From Leucoraja erinacea (Eukaryota): DNA of 64,000 bases. Both the position numbers and the translations under genes were made by a program. The DNA lies in NCBI RefSeq assembly GCF_028641065.1, contig NC_073388.1, forward strand, positions 26,288,001 through 26,352,000, written 5' to 3'. Below, in pieces: positions 59,507 to 64,000 of this stretch. The notes under the pieces were generated by a model. The model did no database searches. It was not told where the DNA came from and was given only the letters and a program-made list of their open reading frames with translations. Within the stretch, counting starts at the first letter, position 1; every line of letters begins with the position of its first letter.

Positions 59507-62500
59507 ATCACCCGATCTGATCCCAATTGAGCTTGCCTTTTATATGCTGAAGAGAAAACTGAAGGGTACTAGCCGCCAAAACAAGCATAAACTAAAAATG
59601 GCTGTAATACAGGCCTGGCAGAGCATCACCAGAGAAGACACCCAGCAACTGGTGATGTCCATGAATCGCAGACTTCAAAGGATATGCAACAAAATACTAA
59701 ACATGACTACTTTCATTTACATGACATTGCTGTGCCCAAACATTATGGTGCCCTGAAATGGGGACTATGTATAAACACTACTGTAATTTCTACATGGTGA
59801 AACCAACATTTATAAAATTGACCTTTATTAAAATCTGATAATGTGCACTTTAACCACAGGTGATTTTTTTTTCTATTACAAATCTCTAATTGTGGAGTAC
59901 AGAGGCAAATAAATATATGATGGGTCTTTGTCCCAAACATTATAGAGGGCACTGTATAAGGTAGTTAAAGAATAATTTCATCATTTCTACCTCTCTTCCA
60001 GAGACAGCCTTCATGACATTCCTGTTACTAAATCCAAATGTCCTTTCAGTTGCCCGGATTCCAAAAATCTATCTTCTGGCATATAATATCTCTTTATATT
60101 TTATTACCCTTTTCACAGACCAACAGCAAGATAAAAGAGTTTCTCAACGCAATGGGTGTGAAGAAGGTGTTTTTCAATTACCCAGGCAGGGTAACAAATT
60201 ATTGTTGGGTACCTGATGAAAACAGCTTGTGGTTAGTATATCAAATTAAAAATTTGCTGGCCAGCCACAGTGACACCAACTGAGGAGAATATATCTGGAA
60301 CATCCTACATTTAATATACTTATTTAATATTAATTCTAAAATTTAAAGATCAACATCTTGTAATTCTACAAAAAAAAAAGAAATTGCATTAAACGTAGGT
60401 TTTCATTAAATGTAGGCGTTTCTGTGAAAACGAACAAGATGAGAACCAACTACCAATGTTTCCCGATTTAGATACACATAATAAAGAACAATTTTTGTGC
60501 CCATAAACATTACAATAATAAACCATAAAGAATACTACAAAGAGAATCTCTATTAAATTAATTTCCACAGAGGGATTCTCCAGTCTACTAGAAATACCGG
60601 AAGCAATTTTGAACTTAGGTGCAGGCAATAAACTGAGAATTGACTGTCATATGCCATATTATTTTTCTGTAAAATACACCCATCATTGTTTCCAATTAAT
60701 TTCTGTGCAAAAATTGTAATACGACATATAATCTTTAACTGGAAAGCATGCTCTTCATGCTGCTTTAACAAATGTGAAATTAGATTTACTATCTTATTTT
60801 TTGCATCTGAAAATATATAGATTCAAGTTATTTTGACAAAGTATTTTTACCATGCAAAATGCTTTCAAATCAATGATACAATTCCAATAGACAAATAAAT
60901 TCATTAGTTCATATAGGCAGTTGACATAATTTCCATGTTATTTCTTAGAAATGTTCATGCACATCACGCTGATAGTTCTGGAGGGAGGAATTATTTTCAC
61001 TTCTGCCATTCAATGCTGACATCAAGCTCTCCCAGCCAGTGGAGAACTGATGTTTCCTCTATTCTGTCACAGCCTCATGCCTAAAACTTATGCTCAGAGT
61101 AACAATCAATAGCATCCTCATGCAATACTTCCCATATAGCAGCTCTGTAAGCTTTTCTGCATGAGATTGATAATTAGCACTTGTGCTATATTAAACATGT
61201 CAACATTTATTTCCAGATGGATCATTACAGCCAGCAGAGTGAAGGGAATCTTTAACTTACCAGTCTTGGCAAGATGAATTTAAGACTTAGGTTAAAAAAA
61301 TAATTCATAAATTTAAGACTGATAAATACAAATTTTAATTAATAGCATATGTTGCATTATTTTCTTTGCCTGCAAGATTGCTTCAATAATAAAATGGCAA
61401 TAACATTGTAATACTACAATGCTTTTGGTGGTCCTTAAAACATAATCAATTAAACCACTCTGATTTTAAATGATTTTTGATCAATTCCAGACTGGGGAAC
61501 AAGAAACAGCTTTTGGCACTTACATTTCCAAATAACTTTTATTGGTATCTGAAAACGAAGGTATGTACAATCTGTGCTATAAATTTAAGGAAACATTTTT
61601 TTGGTATCAATTACAACTCTTTGCCATACTTGGCAAGGATATTTTACATTTCTGTCACTGGTCAGTTCTCAACTAGCATATTAAAACAGTTCCTGGTCTT
61701 GTACAATTATCTAATCATCAAAAGGTTTTCATTTAAAGTGTCAATTCTATTCATTAAAACAAACGTAAAAACTTATAATCTCTTGACTTTGTTTACACCT
61801 TTCACTTCACTCATTCCTAATGTTATCATGGCAACCAAATTTCCAGCCATTGCAGCTTCTTTTTAAGCACATGAGCACTTTCCTTCTAAGGTTCTATCAT
61901 TCAGAGATAGGCTCCGTATTGGATGAAACGGTCTGTGCTTGGTCCAAAGGATAAATTTTTCACTTCATCAAGGCTCGGAATTTGAAAGCCAAAGTGATTA
62001 TGTCTTATTCTTTGATGTTCCAGTCCAACATTCTGGTGCTACTGATGAGGTAATCTGCCATATTAAATGCCAGACAAATTCAGACAAAAACAGAGTGCAA
62101 TGATGGTCAACATGCTTTATTAGTACATTTTCCTGATGCACATTTACCCTGCATTATTTAATATGACCTAGTGATTCAAGCCTACGTTCACTCTACTTTG
62201 TAATTGACTTCATACTCAGCTAACATCTTAATTACATTCACTAATTTCATGAACTGATACCTCACTTTGCAAGTCCACCAAGTTAAAAGTAGAAATTATA
62301 GATAGATTACATTCTGACGTATTTCATTTCTGATGAAATCATTAAATATCTTAAATACATTTATTACCTGTAGCAATACTTAAATATATATTGGGACATT
62401 TTGCATAGGAATTAACAATTGTGCAACCTGCTGTTTTTCACTTATTCACTTTCAGCGTTGCTTAAGCCATCATTGATTTATTGGGTGAGGTGAACATAGC

Positions 62501-63571
62501 ACGCTCGTCTACCCAGTGTGCTGAGGTAATCAAAAACAATTACAATTTATGGAGGGTTGGGGATAGATATAAAAATGAACAGTACAATGAGGTGAAACAT
62601 TTTTAAACACAAGTCCATTGGCAGGATTGAACAGCAAGGATTTTGGGCACCATTTATCTGAGACCAATGAGCTGTGCATTCCCAGAGAAAGTGCATTAGC
62701 CATAGATAGGGTATTTTGAGGTAAAGAAAAAAATCACAATTTTGGGGTGGGGGTCAATCAAGAACAAGGAGGAATGGAGGGAAGATCAACTAGAGGTTTT
62801 AGTAGATTTTTGCTTCCCTGGGATTCACGCTGTTATTTTGACAAAATTACCTTTTTATGTAGGTTCCCTTTAGGGACCACAAGTTGAACTGAGTGCAACA
62901 GCTACAATCTAGTATTTGTATTCGATGTTTCAAATGGGCTTAATCTCCTTATCTGCACATGCACGAGCCTAGTGCCTAAACTTTTGCCCACACATTTCCT
63001 ATATTGTCAAAAGAATAAGTAAAATAATTATGCCCAATTGGCAATGAAAGCCAAATTCTTGGCCACCACACTACAGAATGAGATGGTCATTTATCATCCA
63101 AAAAAGTGGCATCTAACATCCAGAACAATAGGTTTACAGATTAAAAGGAAACAGAAACAGAGTTGTTGTCTTCGAGAACTCCATAACACTTTTGTGCCTC
63201 GGATGTGAGACATTCTATTTTGTCCTCACACGTATATGTCATACTGGCCAAGTTAATCTTAAAATACCTTACCCTGAACGTAACAGGAAAGAGTAAGATG
63301 GAAGTATTAAAACTTTACAGTGGAAAACTGCTTAACATTTTGTCTTTAAATGAATCACACTATAATCCTTGAAAAATAACAAATGGCACTAACAGAATGC
63401 TGTGGTCTTAACTCTTAACTATTTCACACATATTTTGAAAGATCTGATCTTAATGCACGTGGAAATTACCTCTGCATTCTTACATGTCAATAAATCTGTT
63501 CACAATCGATATTCTGGCACAAATATGAACGCTGACCATTTACATCATATCAATAAATGACAATAAAGAAA

Positions 63572-63595
63572 CTATTCTATTCTATTCTATTCTAT
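63572..63595 (+). repeat. (CTATT)n microsatellite after AATAAA, probably a retroposon tail
   Basis: AATAAAGAAACTATTCTATTCTATTCTATTCTAT. Confidence 0.6.
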
Positions 63596-64000
63596 ATTGC
63601 TAGAAAAATATAGCATGGTCCAATATAAATTAATACAAAAAATGAACCAAATGCAACAGTAATCTGTTTTCTCCACCTGAATATTACACAAATTAAATTA
63701 AAAAAGGAACTTACTTTTTCTAATCCATTGTTTGGACGAATGAAATTGCATTTTAGTTTAACTTTCACTATTTGATTTGATCCATTGCTGACAAGATGTT
63801 GGGGGTCACATTAGGATGGTACTTTCAAAATTCTGCACACTTTAAATGTGAGTAAGTTTCCTGTGTATGTTTTAAGTAATGCACTCATGTTAAGTGGCTC
63901 TGCTGCAAGTTATTGACATCTTATACGATGTACAAATACACTAGCAAAGCACAAGGATTGTCAAAAGCATGAATTAAATCTTAAAGTCTCAATAGTTTAT

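Larger units (their letters stand above)
57516..59954 (+). mobile_element. Tc1 copy carrying two CR1 insertions
   Basis: TA|TAGTGCTCTCCATAAGG ... GAGGGCACTG|TA. Transposase N-terminus in ORF 57854-58150 and C-terminus in 59544-59756. Confidence 0.94.

Overview
Eukaryotic (vertebrate) genomic DNA, most likely from a cartilaginous fish such as a skate or ray. This is inferred from HE1/V-SINE-type SINEs, abundant CR1 LINE 3' ends and shark-type Penelope repeats. The window is AT-rich intronic/intergenic sequence crowded with transposons. The only host-gene sequence I can support is one 84-nt minus-strand coding exon (56813-56896) of a TMEM33-family gene that looks unusually divergent. Main elements: a full-length but mutated Mag-type Gypsy LTR retrotransposon (10231-15182; 140-bp LTRs, AGGCC TSD, tRNA-Ser PBS) at the centre of a nested stack; a second minus-strand Gypsy with RT cleanly deleted (48799-52158); three Tc1 copies, one interrupted by two young CR1 insertions; a 341-bp Harbinger-type hairpin MITE; two Helentron-like non-autonomous elements carrying different tandem repeats; Penelope remnants with hammerhead-ribozyme-like cores; a 160-bp Vingi-like retroposon with a perfect 10-bp TSD; and a 138-N assembly gap. 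I found no prokaryote-type system such as CRISPR or an operon. Most short ORFs in the track are spurious. All family assignments come from motif recognition, not database searches.
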